Source: a virus (lineage: Duplodnaviria; Caudoviricetes). Taken from it: DNA of 64,000 bases. Positions within the stretch are counted from its first letter, which is position 1, and every line of letters starts with the position of its first letter. The notes under the pieces are model-generated. The model was not told the DNA's origin and searched no databases. It worked only from the letters and a program-made list of their open reading frames with translations. Positions 10,283 to 18,237 of the stretch are shown in pieces. The position numbers were made by a program, and so were the translations under genes. The DNA lies in the IMG/VR virus record IMGVR_UViG_3300006155_000013, positions 10,535 through 74,534 of that record; one strand, written 5' to 3'.

Positions 10283-11536
10283 ATGCTGAAGCTTGGAACG
10301 CAGAATATCTCCGGCCTGTACGTCGGGGAGCAGAAAATCAAAAAGGCGTTCGTTGGAGAGCAGTTGGTGTTTGAGGATAATCCAACTTACACGGTGTATT
10401 TCTATGCGGTTGATGAAGAGGATTCGAGTAAAGTTCTCAATTCCAGCTCGTTTACTGTAAATCCAGGAGAATCTGTTTCCGTGAATCCGTGGGATATCAA
10501 CGGATACAACTTTGCGGGTTGGTATGACGAAAGCGGGAATCTGGTCAGTTCCGGTTCGTCCTTTTCTGTTACTCCGACAGGAGATGCAACATATTATCTT
10601 AAATACTATGAGTATTATACGCTTCTTGTGTCTGCTTCTGGATTTGTGAGTTCCGAGCTGGTAGTCACAATAAATGGAGAAGACTACACCATTACAAGGA
10701 ATGCAGACGCGCAGGGGAATGGGGCGGAATTGCATCTCCGCAAAAATTCCGTAATAACCGTTAAGATCAAGACAATCCCAAGCGGGTACAAATTCGACAA
10801 TTGGGGATTGGTTTACGCGAATGTTACAAGCACTGCTGATCCGTATACATTCACGCTGACTCGAGATTTGGAAATTTTGCACGGGTATCTCTCCAAAGCA
10901 TCCCGGCTCCCGGCGGGGTATACGGAGGTGGAGTATGTACATTTCCCGGGCGGAACTGCAACATATTTTTCGCAAGCAATTCCATCACATACGCAAGCGA
11001 TTGCTCCATCTATTGAACTGGACGTGAAATTAGGTACAAAGAATCCTGGTACCAACAAAATATTGATATCCACAAGCTCACCTAATGGACTAACTAGATA
11101 TTTCAGTTTAACAACCGAGGGTTCTTCATCCAGCTTTACAGGATTGCGCTGCCCAACATCTTCTGCGAACAACACTATGAAAGTGCTGTCTGTGTCAGTA
11201 AATCAAAAGGTTCATGTGGAAATCGATAATCTGAATAAGGTATTCAAAGTAGGGAGCAGTTCGGTTTCTATAGGCGGGGGGACAATTGGCACCTCTACTA
11301 CGACAGGCTACGCAGGCGCTCTTGGAAATTCGTTGGCTTCTTACGTGCCGGAAATGTGGGTATATGAGTATAAATACTACACCAGTACGCAATATGCAAC
11401 GAAAAAGACGCTGGCCAAGCATTGGGTTCCCTGCATACGGACATCTGACAATTCTATTGGATTTTATGATTTGGTCAACAAAACATTTACCGCCAAATCA
11501 GGTGCTGGAACGGTAGAAGCAGGCCCCGCAGTCTAA
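10283..11536 (+). CDS. Receptor-binding/fibre protein (B-repeat domains plus variable C-terminal beta domain)
   Basis: AT-rich, Ser/Thr-rich; homologous anchors shared with 60136-61380. Confidence 0.7.
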   Translation: MLKLGTQNISGLYVGEQKIKKAFVGEQLVFEDNPTYTVYFYAVDEEDSSKVLNSSSFTVNPGESVSVNPWDINGYNFAGWYDESGNLVSSGSSFSVTPTGDATYYLKYYEYYTLLVSASGFVSSELVVTINGEDYTITRNADAQGNGAELHLRKNSVITVKIKTIPSGYKFDNWGLVYANVTSTADPYTFTLTRDLEILHGYLSKASRLPAGYTEVEYVHFPGGTATYFSQAIPSHTQAIAPSIELDVKLGTKNPGTNKILISTSSPNGLTRYFSLTTEGSSSSFTGLRCPTSSANNTMKVLSVSVNQKVHVEIDNLNKVFKVGSSSVSIGGGTIGTSTTTGYAGALGNSLASYVPEMWVYEYKYYTSTQYATKKTLAKHWVPCIRTSDNSIGFYDLVNKTFTAKSGAGTVEAGPAV

Positions 11537-11553
11537 GAAAGGAGGCACCAGCC

Positions 11554-11820
11554 ATGCCCGAAACATCCCCGCCCCGGCCCTGGACGCTCCAGGACATCCC
11601 CACCATGCAGAACATGGATAGATACCTGTCCATGCTACGGGCCTTGCGGCAATTCCTCCCGCGCGGCACCGCAGCGCCGGAGGTGCCCGCAGACATGAAC
11701 GGCTTGACCTTCCGTACGGCAAACGACATCGAAACGATCCTGATGGAGGCGGACCAGGCCGTTACCAATTTAGAGAACAGCTGGTTCGTATCCGGCGAAA
11801 TCGACGCAGGAGGTTTTTAA
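11554..11820 (+). CDS. Tail protein C-half (separated from 9237-9776)
   Basis: RBS GAAAGGAGG; WTLQDIPT...YL...LR...PEVP...ANDIETIL...SGE motif. Confidence 0.6.
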   Translation: MPETSPPRPWTLQDIPTMQNMDRYLSMLRALRQFLPRGTAAPEVPADMNGLTFRTANDIETILMEADQAVTNLENSWFVSGEIDAGGF

Positions 11821-11821
11821 T

Positions 11822-12172
11822 ATGCAGGACGGCATTATCAACGGCACCGGGAATTCCCGGTATTTGAAGACCATCAGCGGCTTTCTCAGCCTATACCCCA
11901 CCTATGAGGCGTTCGCCCAGGCGCTGATTGCAGGCACCCTGCCCATCGACCTGAACGGCAAGAACCAAGACGGTTGGGCCCAGCAGGGTACGCCCCTGAA
12001 CAAGGCGAACCTGCTCACCGACGCCACCGCCGCCCTGGTGGGCCTGGGAGCGGAGGCGAACCCGGACGAGATGTTCGCTACCCTCGCAAACCGCATCACC
12101 TACGGGACCGAGGAGCTGACGCCGGGGGTGTCGCCCCTCGCTACCGGGGCCATCTATGTGCAGTATGAGTGA
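11822..12172 (+). CDS. Tail-associated protein
   Basis: MQDGIINGTGNSRYLK...GTPLNKANLL...ITYGTEEL...GAIYVQYE. Confidence 0.65.
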   Translation: MQDGIINGTGNSRYLKTISGFLSLYPTYEAFAQALIAGTLPIDLNGKNQDGWAQQGTPLNKANLLTDATAALVGLGAEANPDEMFATLANRITYGTEELTPGVSPLATGAIYVQYE

Positions 12173-12276
12173 GGGGCGAGGGATGGGTACTAAGTATGCC
12201 CCCTATCTCACACTCTACTATATTCAAAGGATAAATTAACAGTTACAGATAGTGGATTAACAGGGGGATTAGCATT

Positions 12277-13323
12277 ATGGCTACTAGATATAATCGTTAT
12301 ATTTGGGCGACGTATTTGACATCAAACAACATGTTGAATGGATATGTTACTAGGTTAGATCGAAATGCAATTACGGATGGCTCTGTAGGTTCTGGAGTAC
12401 GCTACTCATATGTCGGAGAAGATTATATTTTGTATGATGGTACAACTATATCAGTATCCAGAGAAGGCAACCAAACAAAGTTCACCGTAACTGTCGGTGG
12501 TAGCATTCCATATCCACATTCCGTGAGTTCTGAGTATGCAACTAGATTAAAAACGCTTGCATTTGAATGTGATGTACAAGTTAACAAAAGCGGATGGACA
12601 TCTTTTATAAAACAATCAGGTGTATCCCCATTCAGTGTTACTAAAACATATACTGTAAACAATGGCTTTGATACTGTTCAATTTAGGTATACTTTTGCGG
12701 ATTTAAATGGCGCAGCAATTGAAAATTTTACATTATCCCCTATATATAAATCTAGCCATACTATAACTGTAAAGGCAGATACTGGAGGAAGCGTATCCGG
12801 CGGAGGAACCTACGAGGAAGGAACCTCCGTGACCGTCAAAGCCACCGCCTCCTCCGGCTACCGGTTCTCCCGCTGGACGGAGGGCGGGGCCACAGTAAGC
12901 TCCAACGCGTCGTACACATTTACTGTCACCCAAAATCGGACACTGACTGCGGTATTTTCCAAGATTCTCCCCTCCTACCGCATCACCGTCACCGCCTCCC
13001 CCGCCAACGGCGGCACCGTGAGCGGCGGCGGGAGCTACGAGAGCGGGCGGAGCGCAACCGTCCGGGCCACCCCGGCGGCGGATTTCCTCTTCGTGGAGTG
13101 GCAGGAGGACGGCGTGGCTGTCAGTACCAACCCCACCTACACCTTCACCGTCAACAAGGCCCGGACCCTGACCGCCTTCTTCAAGCGCAAGTTGTCCGCA
13201 TACGTGGGCATTGAGGGCAAGGCGCGAAAGGCGACAAACCTCTACGTCGGGGTCGACGGCAAGGCCAGGAAGGTCGTGCGGGCGTACATCGGCGTAGACG
13301 GGAAAGCACAGAAATTCTTATAA
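12277..13323 (+). CDS. Fibre protein with two InlB B-repeat-like domains and C-terminal YxGxxGKAR triple repeat
   Basis: Two GGSVSGGG(T/S)YE...F..W.E.G..VS....YTFTV repeats; AT-rich N-terminus. Confidence 0.7.
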   Translation: MATRYNRYIWATYLTSNNMLNGYVTRLDRNAITDGSVGSGVRYSYVGEDYILYDGTTISVSREGNQTKFTVTVGGSIPYPHSVSSEYATRLKTLAFECDVQVNKSGWTSFIKQSGVSPFSVTKTYTVNNGFDTVQFRYTFADLNGAAIENFTLSPIYKSSHTITVKADTGGSVSGGGTYEEGTSVTVKATASSGYRFSRWTEGGATVSSNASYTFTVTQNRTLTAVFSKILPSYRITVTASPANGGTVSGGGSYESGRSATVRATPAADFLFVEWQEDGVAVSTNPTYTFTVNKARTLTAFFKRKLSAYVGIEGKARKATNLYVGVDGKARKVVRAYIGVDGKAQKFL

Positions 13324-13336
13324 GGAGGCGAGTGCC

Positions 13337-13978
13337 ATGTTTCAACTTTACGCAAACAAAACCCAACTGACCGTCCGGGCCCGCGAACCCCTCACCAGCG
13401 GCAGTGTAAACGCCTACGAGGCCAGGTTTGAGTTCTCGCCGGACTGGGAGGGCCTGACGAAGACGGCAGTGTTCAAGGCGGGACCGGAGGTCCGGTCCGT
13501 GCGCCTGGACGCGGACAACCAGTGCGCCATTCCGTGGGAGGTGTTAAGCTCCCACGGGCGGCAGTTAACTGCCGGGATCTGCGGCACCCGGGGCACGGAT
13601 ATGGTGCTTCCGACCGTATACGCGAACCTGGGAACCATCCTGGAGGGGGCCGCGCCCGGGGAGAATGCCCGGCCTCCCACCCCGGACCTGTGGGAGCAGG
13701 CCATCGCCCGGAAAGCGGACGGGATGAAGCTGGACGATCTGACGCTGCGCCTCTTGTCGGGAACGGAGACGATAGCCGAGGTGGAGCTCCCGCCTGCAGG
13801 CGGCGGGGAGGGCGGTACATCTGACCACCGGTCCCTGACCGGACGGGACGCAGGGAATCAGCACCCAATCGCCGCCATTACCGGCCTTGGGGAGACGCTG
13901 GAGACCATCCCGCGCCCCATGACGGCGGATGAGCTGCGAAAAATTTTGTTAGGAGGAACGAAACATGCCCACAAATAA
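13337..13978 (+). CDS. Baseplate upper/BppU-like N-terminal domain protein
   Basis: LTSGSVNAYEARFEFSPDWEGLTKTAVF motif. Confidence 0.6.
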   Translation: MFQLYANKTQLTVRAREPLTSGSVNAYEARFEFSPDWEGLTKTAVFKAGPEVRSVRLDADNQCAIPWEVLSSHGRQLTAGICGTRGTDMVLPTVYANLGTILEGAAPGENARPPTPDLWEQAIARKADGMKLDDLTLRLLSGTETIAEVELPPAGGGEGGTSDHRSLTGRDAGNQHPIAAITGLGETLETIPRPMTADELRKILLGGTKHAHK

Positions 13979-14459
13979 CACCAGCGCATACCTTGACGGC
14001 GACCGCGTGGCTGAGCTGTGGACGGCGGTAAAGACGGCCCTGGCGGGCAAGGCGGACCTCGCTGATCTGGACGGCTACACCACGCCGGACGCAGTGGCGA
14101 CGGCCATCACATCGGCTCTGGCCAACTACGCCACCAACGCCGGAGTACAGATCGCCATTGCTGCGGCTTTGGCCAATTACATGACCGAGAGCGAGGTCAA
14201 TGATGCCATTGCAAAGGCGGTCACGGAGGCGGCGCACATCACCTTTGAGGCGGTGGACGAGCTGCCGGAGACCGGATCGCCCAATGTGATTTACCTGGTG
14301 CCCAACGGGAAGAGCAGGAGCAACGTCAAGGACGAATATATGTGGATTGACGGCGCGTGGGAACGCCTCGGGAGCATGGAGGTGGACCTGACCGGCTACT
14401 GGTCCAAACAGGAGCTGCGGGCCATGACGGCAGCGGAATTGCAGGCGATTCTGGTATGA
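13965..14459 (+). CDS. Fibre-associated protein
   Basis: ALANY repeats; VDELPETGSPNVIYLVP...DEYMWIDGAWERLGS motif. Confidence 0.65.
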   Translation: MPTNNTSAYLDGDRVAELWTAVKTALAGKADLADLDGYTTPDAVATAITSALANYATNAGVQIAIAAALANYMTESEVNDAIAKAVTEAAHITFEAVDELPETGSPNVIYLVPNGKSRSNVKDEYMWIDGAWERLGSMEVDLTGYWSKQELRAMTAAELQAILV

Positions 14460-15319
14460 GCTTTCTTGACGATGCACGGACCCGGGAGCTGTGGGAGAAG
14501 GTCAAAGCAGAGCTCTCTGGGAAGCAGCCCAAGCTGCGCGGCAGCGCGGGGCAGGTGGTGGGGTTCAACACCCAGGGAGCGGCGGTGGCGGTGAGCGGGT
14601 GGAGTAATCCGAATCTGCTGGATAACTGGTATTTTGCGGACCCAGTTAACCAGAGGGGGCAGGAGGAATATACGGCAACTGGATACACGATCGATCGCTG
14701 GAGAATTGCCCAAGGCATAAAAGCAGCGGTCAGGATAACGGACTCCGGCCTTGAGATAAAAAGAACCAGCGATACACGTGCTATTTTCCAACAAGTGCTC
14801 ACCATTGATGATAGGGAGTTCGTTCAATCCTTCGCGGGAAGAGAAGTTACATTATCGGCTCTTTTTGGGCAGGAACTTCGTTCTGTGACGATGACGATCC
14901 CGACATCGAACGATGAGAACTGGTACCCAGCGGGGACTTCTGGCTCGAAAGTAAACAGCATGTACGTTAGACTTTCTATCAACTCGAATACTACTACTGG
15001 ATATTTCGACTTGAATTTCGATATATACGTATCTGCTGGAGGGGCTGGTGGCGGGCTTATCACCGCTGTAAAACTGGAACTGAGCTCCCAGCAGACCTTG
15101 GCCCGCCAGGATGCGGACGGTAACTGGGTGCTCAACGACCCACCGCCGGATAAGACGCTGGAGTTGTTGAAGGGCCAAAGGTACTATCAGGTGTTTTCCC
15201 GTGAGGACCTGCGCCCCGATAAGGCGGTGGACTTCCGTCCGCCTATGCGCATTGACCCGGCGTTGAGCACAATCCAGATCAACGGCGTGACGTACTATAC
15301 GGCGGACGCCAATCTGTAG
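14456..15319 (+). CDS. Fibre/receptor-binding protein
   Basis: SNPNLLDNWYFADPVNQRGQ...GYTIDRW motif; AT-rich centre; ATGA overlap. Confidence 0.65.
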   Translation: MSFLDDARTRELWEKVKAELSGKQPKLRGSAGQVVGFNTQGAAVAVSGWSNPNLLDNWYFADPVNQRGQEEYTATGYTIDRWRIAQGIKAAVRITDSGLEIKRTSDTRAIFQQVLTIDDREFVQSFAGREVTLSALFGQELRSVTMTIPTSNDENWYPAGTSGSKVNSMYVRLSINSNTTTGYFDLNFDIYVSAGGAGGGLITAVKLELSSQQTLARQDADGNWVLNDPPPDKTLELLKGQRYYQVFSREDLRPDKAVDFRPPMRIDPALSTIQINGVTYYTADANL

Positions 15320-15328
15320 GAGGAAACA

Positions 15329-15676
15329 ATGGACAAATATTTCAACAACCACTACATCACCACAGACCCGGAGGGCCGGATCACCTACGGCTGGAGCACC
15401 GGCCCTCTCCCGGGCCGGGACACCTCCAACGCGGTCCTCCTGACGGACCAGGGCGGCTACCAATTCCGCCTCCACCCCGGCGGCGAGGAGAATCCGCCCC
15501 TGTACACCAAGGACGGCATCCCCCTCTACCGCTGGGACGGGGAGCGGGTGGTCCGGCGCTCTGAGGAGGAGGTCCAGGCGGACCGGACGGCTATCCCTCC
15601 TCCGCCGCCCTCTGAGCAGGAGCGCCTGCGGGCGGACGTGGACTTCTTGGCCGCGATGCAGGGGGTGACGTTATGA
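15329..15676 (+). CDS. Fibre assembly/hypothetical protein
   Basis: RBS AGGAGG; C-terminal ERLRADVDFLAAMQGV. Confidence 0.6.
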   Translation: MDKYFNNHYITTDPEGRITYGWSTGPLPGRDTSNAVLLTDQGGYQFRLHPGGEENPPLYTKDGIPLYRWDGERVVRRSEEEVQADRTAIPPPPPSEQERLRADVDFLAAMQGVTL

Positions 15677-15813
15677 GCGTGGCTGAGCTTGCACGGAAGT
15701 ACTACCCCCGCCTTTGGGACAAGTCCAGGCTGGAGGCCCTTGTCGCCGCCGGGCGGCTGACGGAGGCGGAATTTCGGGAGATCGTGGGGGAGGAGGAGAA
15801 CCGTGTACATTGA
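15673..15813 (+). CDS. XkdX-like small protein
   Basis: MSVAELARKYYPRLWDKSRLEALVAAGRLTEAEFREIVG read from the sequence; not in ORF track. Confidence 0.7.
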   Translation: MSVAELARKYYPRLWDKSRLEALVAAGRLTEAEFREIVGEEENRVH

Positions 15814-16081
15814 CATCGAGACGTTTATCGAACTGGCGGCGCTGCTGACAGCTCTTGGAGTGATCGGAGGCGCGGCGCTCTGGGCCGTAAAGTTCGTCGA
15901 CCGGCAGAAGAAACAGGACCAGGAGCTGACCGCCATCCGGAAAGAGCAGACCTTAATCTGCTACGGCGTCATGGCCTGCCTGCGGGGACTGAAGGAGCAG
16001 GGCTGTGACGGGCCGGTAACCGCCGCGCTGGACAAGCTGGAGAAGCATCTGAACCAGGCGGCACATGAGGAGGACAGCTAG
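15803..16081 (+). CDS. Membrane-anchored coiled-coil lysis accessory protein
   Basis: N-terminal hydrophobic helix; EQTLICYGVMACLRGLKEQGCDGPV. Confidence 0.6.
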   Translation: MYIDIETFIELAALLTALGVIGGAALWAVKFVDRQKKQDQELTAIRKEQTLICYGVMACLRGLKEQGCDGPVTAALDKLEKHLNQAAHEEDS

Positions 16082-16090
16082 GAGGAAAAC

Positions 16091-16306
16091 ATGGACAAAA
16101 CAATCATCAAACGCTTGGGGAACCTGCTGAGCGTCAAGAGCCTGGTCACTCTGACGCTCACCATCGTGTTTGCGGTCCAAGCCCTGCGGGGGACCATCTC
16201 CCAGGACTTCATGACCGTGTACGCGGTGGTCATCGCGTTCTACTTCGGAACGCAGTCCCAGAAGGTCCAGGACGCGCTGGAGGGAGGCGGCAATGAGAAC
16301 GGTTAG
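16091..16306 (+). CDS. Holin
   Basis: 71 aa, two hydrophobic helices, VIAFYFGTQ motif, upstream of endolysin. Confidence 0.8.
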   Translation: MDKTIIKRLGNLLSVKSLVTLTLTIVFAVQALRGTISQDFMTVYAVVIAFYFGTQSQKVQDALEGGGNENG

Positions 16307-17015
16307 AGACCTGCTGGAGGTCGCCGTCCGGCAGCTGAATGTGCGGGAGGACCCGCCGGAGAGCAACAACGTCCACTATAACACCTGGTACTATGGCCGG
16401 GAGGTCCACGGCAAGGCGTACCCCTGGTGCATGGTATTCGTGCAGTGGTGCTTCGCCCAGGTGGACGTGGGCCTGCCTGTCCGGACTGCCAGCTGCTCCG
16501 CTCTGATGAACGCGGCCAAGGGGGCCGGGTGCTGGGTGACGCGGAGCTTCCAGCCGGGAGACGTGGTGATCTACGACTTCACCGGGAAGAAAAAGCAGGC
16601 GGCCCATTGCGGCATCGTGGAGAGCGTGACCGGCAGCGGCGTGATCGCCATCGAGGGCAACACCGGCGCGGAGAACGACGCCAACGGCGGGCAGGTCCAG
16701 CGCAGGACCCGGCCCGGCAAATACATCATGGGGGCCGTGAGGCCCGGATTTGACAAGGAGGGACCGGAAATGACTCAGGAGGAATTCAACAAGAAATTTG
16801 AGGCGGCGTTGAGCGCTCACCGGCACAAGCTCCAGGACAACGACGCGAGCTCCTACAGCGCGGAGGCCCGGAAGTGGGCCGTGGCCTGCGGGCTCATCCA
16901 GGGCAGCGGGAAACTGCCGGACGGGAGCGACAACTATATGTGGGAGGACCTGCTGACCCGGGAGCAGATGGCCACGCTGCTGTACCGGTTCGCGCTTCTG
17001 ATGGGGAAGGCGTGA
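16293..17015 (+). CDS. Endolysin, CHAP domain
   Basis: PWCMVFVQW (Cys) and HCGIVE...IAIEGNT (His/Glu) motifs. Confidence 0.88.
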   Translation: MRTVRDLLEVAVRQLNVREDPPESNNVHYNTWYYGREVHGKAYPWCMVFVQWCFAQVDVGLPVRTASCSALMNAAKGAGCWVTRSFQPGDVVIYDFTGKKKQAAHCGIVESVTGSGVIAIEGNTGAENDANGGQVQRRTRPGKYIMGAVRPGFDKEGPEMTQEEFNKKFEAALSAHRHKLQDNDASSYSAEARKWAVACGLIQGSGKLPDGSDNYMWEDLLTREQMATLLYRFALLMGKA

Positions 17016-17290
17016 TGGAGTTCTCCAAACGGCTGATCTCCGATATCCGCGCCCTACTGTGGGTGGTGACGGTGGGCGGGCTTTTCCTCGCGGCCTACTG
17101 CATCCGCCGGGACTACGCCGGTGCCCTGCCGTGGCTGACCGCTATGGTGGGGCTCCCATGGACTGCCCATGGGACTGTCTGTGCGTTCTACTTGAACATG
17201 GCCAAGAGCGACCACAAGGCCGGAGGGATAACCTTTGAGACGGCCAGGGCGGCGGGGTTTCGGGGGAGTGAGAACAGTCCTAGCATATAA
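17015..17290 (+). CDS. Two-TM membrane protein after endolysin
   Basis: MEFSKRL plus two hydrophobic stretches; TGATG overlap. Confidence 0.6.
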   Translation: MEFSKRLISDIRALLWVVTVGGLFLAAYCIRRDYAGALPWLTAMVGLPWTAHGTVCAFYLNMAKSDHKAGGITFETARAAGFRGSENSPSI

Positions 17291-17348
17291 GAACAGTCCC
17301 CGATACTGGAATCCCCGTAGCGGGGACAATCGCACAAAGCACAAAATT

Positions 17349-17372
17349 TAGACGCGCTGGAGACAGCGCGTC
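17349..17372 (-). terminator. Hairpin at end of RHH-like gene
   Basis: AGACGCGCTG-GAGA-CAGCGCGTCT; the AGACGC/GCGTCT stem recurs after the second copy of the gene near 63800. Confidence 0.55.
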
Positions 17373-17554
17373 TACTTTGGATTCATCTCTTTTTCGATCA
17401 GCTCAACGATAAACTGCGTAGTACTTTTTCCACGCAGCTTTGCGTATCGGGTTATCTTTTCCTTTTGCCCCTTCTTGACCTTGATCTCTATCCGGTCGTA
17501 GGTCTTCTTATTGTACCGGGCCGTCGCCTCTTTCTGCGCGTCTGAATATGCCAT
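17372..17554 (-). CDS. Arc/RHH-like DNA-binding protein (antitoxin-like)
   Basis: YDRIEIKVKKGQKEKI...AKLRGKSTTQFIVELIEKEM ribbon-helix-helix pattern. Confidence 0.75.
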   Translation of the reverse strand: MAYSDAQKEATARYNKKTYDRIEIKVKKGQKEKITRYAKLRGKSTTQFIVELIEKEMNPK

Positions 17555-17666
17555 GAAAACACCCCTCTTGAGGGCAGTATATAGGATTCTATCTCTATTT
17601 TGTATAATGTCGATATGATAAATTTGTGTATTATCCCACCTTTTTATACGGTCGACAGTATGCTAC

Positions 17667-17703
17667 AATAAAAACCGTGCAGGGGCGGCAACCCCTGCAC
17701 GGT
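17667..17703 (-). terminator. Intrinsic terminator of XRE gene
   Basis: 12-bp perfect stem ACCGTGCAGGGG/CCCCTGCACGGT followed by T-tract on minus strand, 6 nt after the stop codon. Confidence 0.85.
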
Positions 17704-17708
17704 CCAGA

Positions 17709-18050
17709 TCAGCTGTGATCTTCTGAAAGCGCGTCTATCAAGTCGAGGAACAGGTGGATCGCCCTGTCCCTCCGCTCCGGCGGCAGGCTGCTGAACAGCC
17801 TCGCCGCCCGCTCCACCATCTCCGCCCGCTTCCACTCCGGTGGCCGGGCGGAGATTATTTCTGTTGCGGATACGCCGCATTTCTTCGCTAGGAGCTCTAT
17901 CGTATCCGCCCTGGGATTGCAATCGCCATTGAGGTAATTTGCGGCAGCGGACTTCGCAATGCCCAGCTCCTCAGAGAGCTCTGCCACGGATAACTGGCGC
18001 TCTTCCTTGTATCGCTTGATGAAGTTCGCGATATTCTCGTTGATCGGCAT
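17709..18050 (-). CDS. XRE-family HTH regulator
   Basis: RBS AAAGGAG; IKRYKEERQLSVAELSEELGIAKSAAANYLNGDCNPRADTI. Confidence 0.85.
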   Translation of the reverse strand: MPINENIANFIKRYKEERQLSVAELSEELGIAKSAAANYLNGDCNPRADTIELLAKKCGVSATEIISARPPEWKRAEMVERAARLFSSLPPERRDRAIHLFLDLIDALSEDHS

Positions 18051-18133
18051 GACGATCTCCTTTCTTTGCCTGTGGAGTTCCATGCCGAGTGGGGGGACTG
18101 CGGGAGCGCGGAGGCCCGCGTTTCCTTTGTAAC

Positions 18134-18178
18134 ATAAAAATGCAGCTCCATTCGTCTTGAAAGGAGCTGCATTTTTAT
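18134..18178. terminator. 16-bp perfect inverted repeat, bidirectional terminator candidate downstream of integrase
   Basis: ATAAAAATGCAGCTCC-N13-GGAGCTGCATTTTTAT. Confidence 0.7.
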
Positions 18179-18220
18179 TGCATAAAATTATTACTCCGAC
18201 CGGAATAAAAAGTTTATGCA
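18179..18220. other. att-like imperfect palindrome (serine integrase site candidate)
   Basis: TGCATAAA-atta-TTACTCCG-AC-CGGAATAA-aaag-TTTATGCA, 18 nt from integrase stop. Confidence 0.55.
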
Positions 18221-18237
18221 GTAAAATTCTCGAAAAA

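Larger units (their letters stand above)
1..18199 (+). mobile_element. Prophage 1 (siphovirus-type), right half; left part lies outside the window
   Basis: Contiguous + strand head-tail-TMP-fibre-lysis gene order, no sheath gene, ends in RHH/XRE module and att-like palindrome; right boundary is inferred. Confidence 0.9.

Noticed and set aside
9237-15319. Shufflon/invertible fibre cassette
   Set aside because: All fibre genes are on one strand, with no inverted crossover repeats and no adjacent invertase seen.
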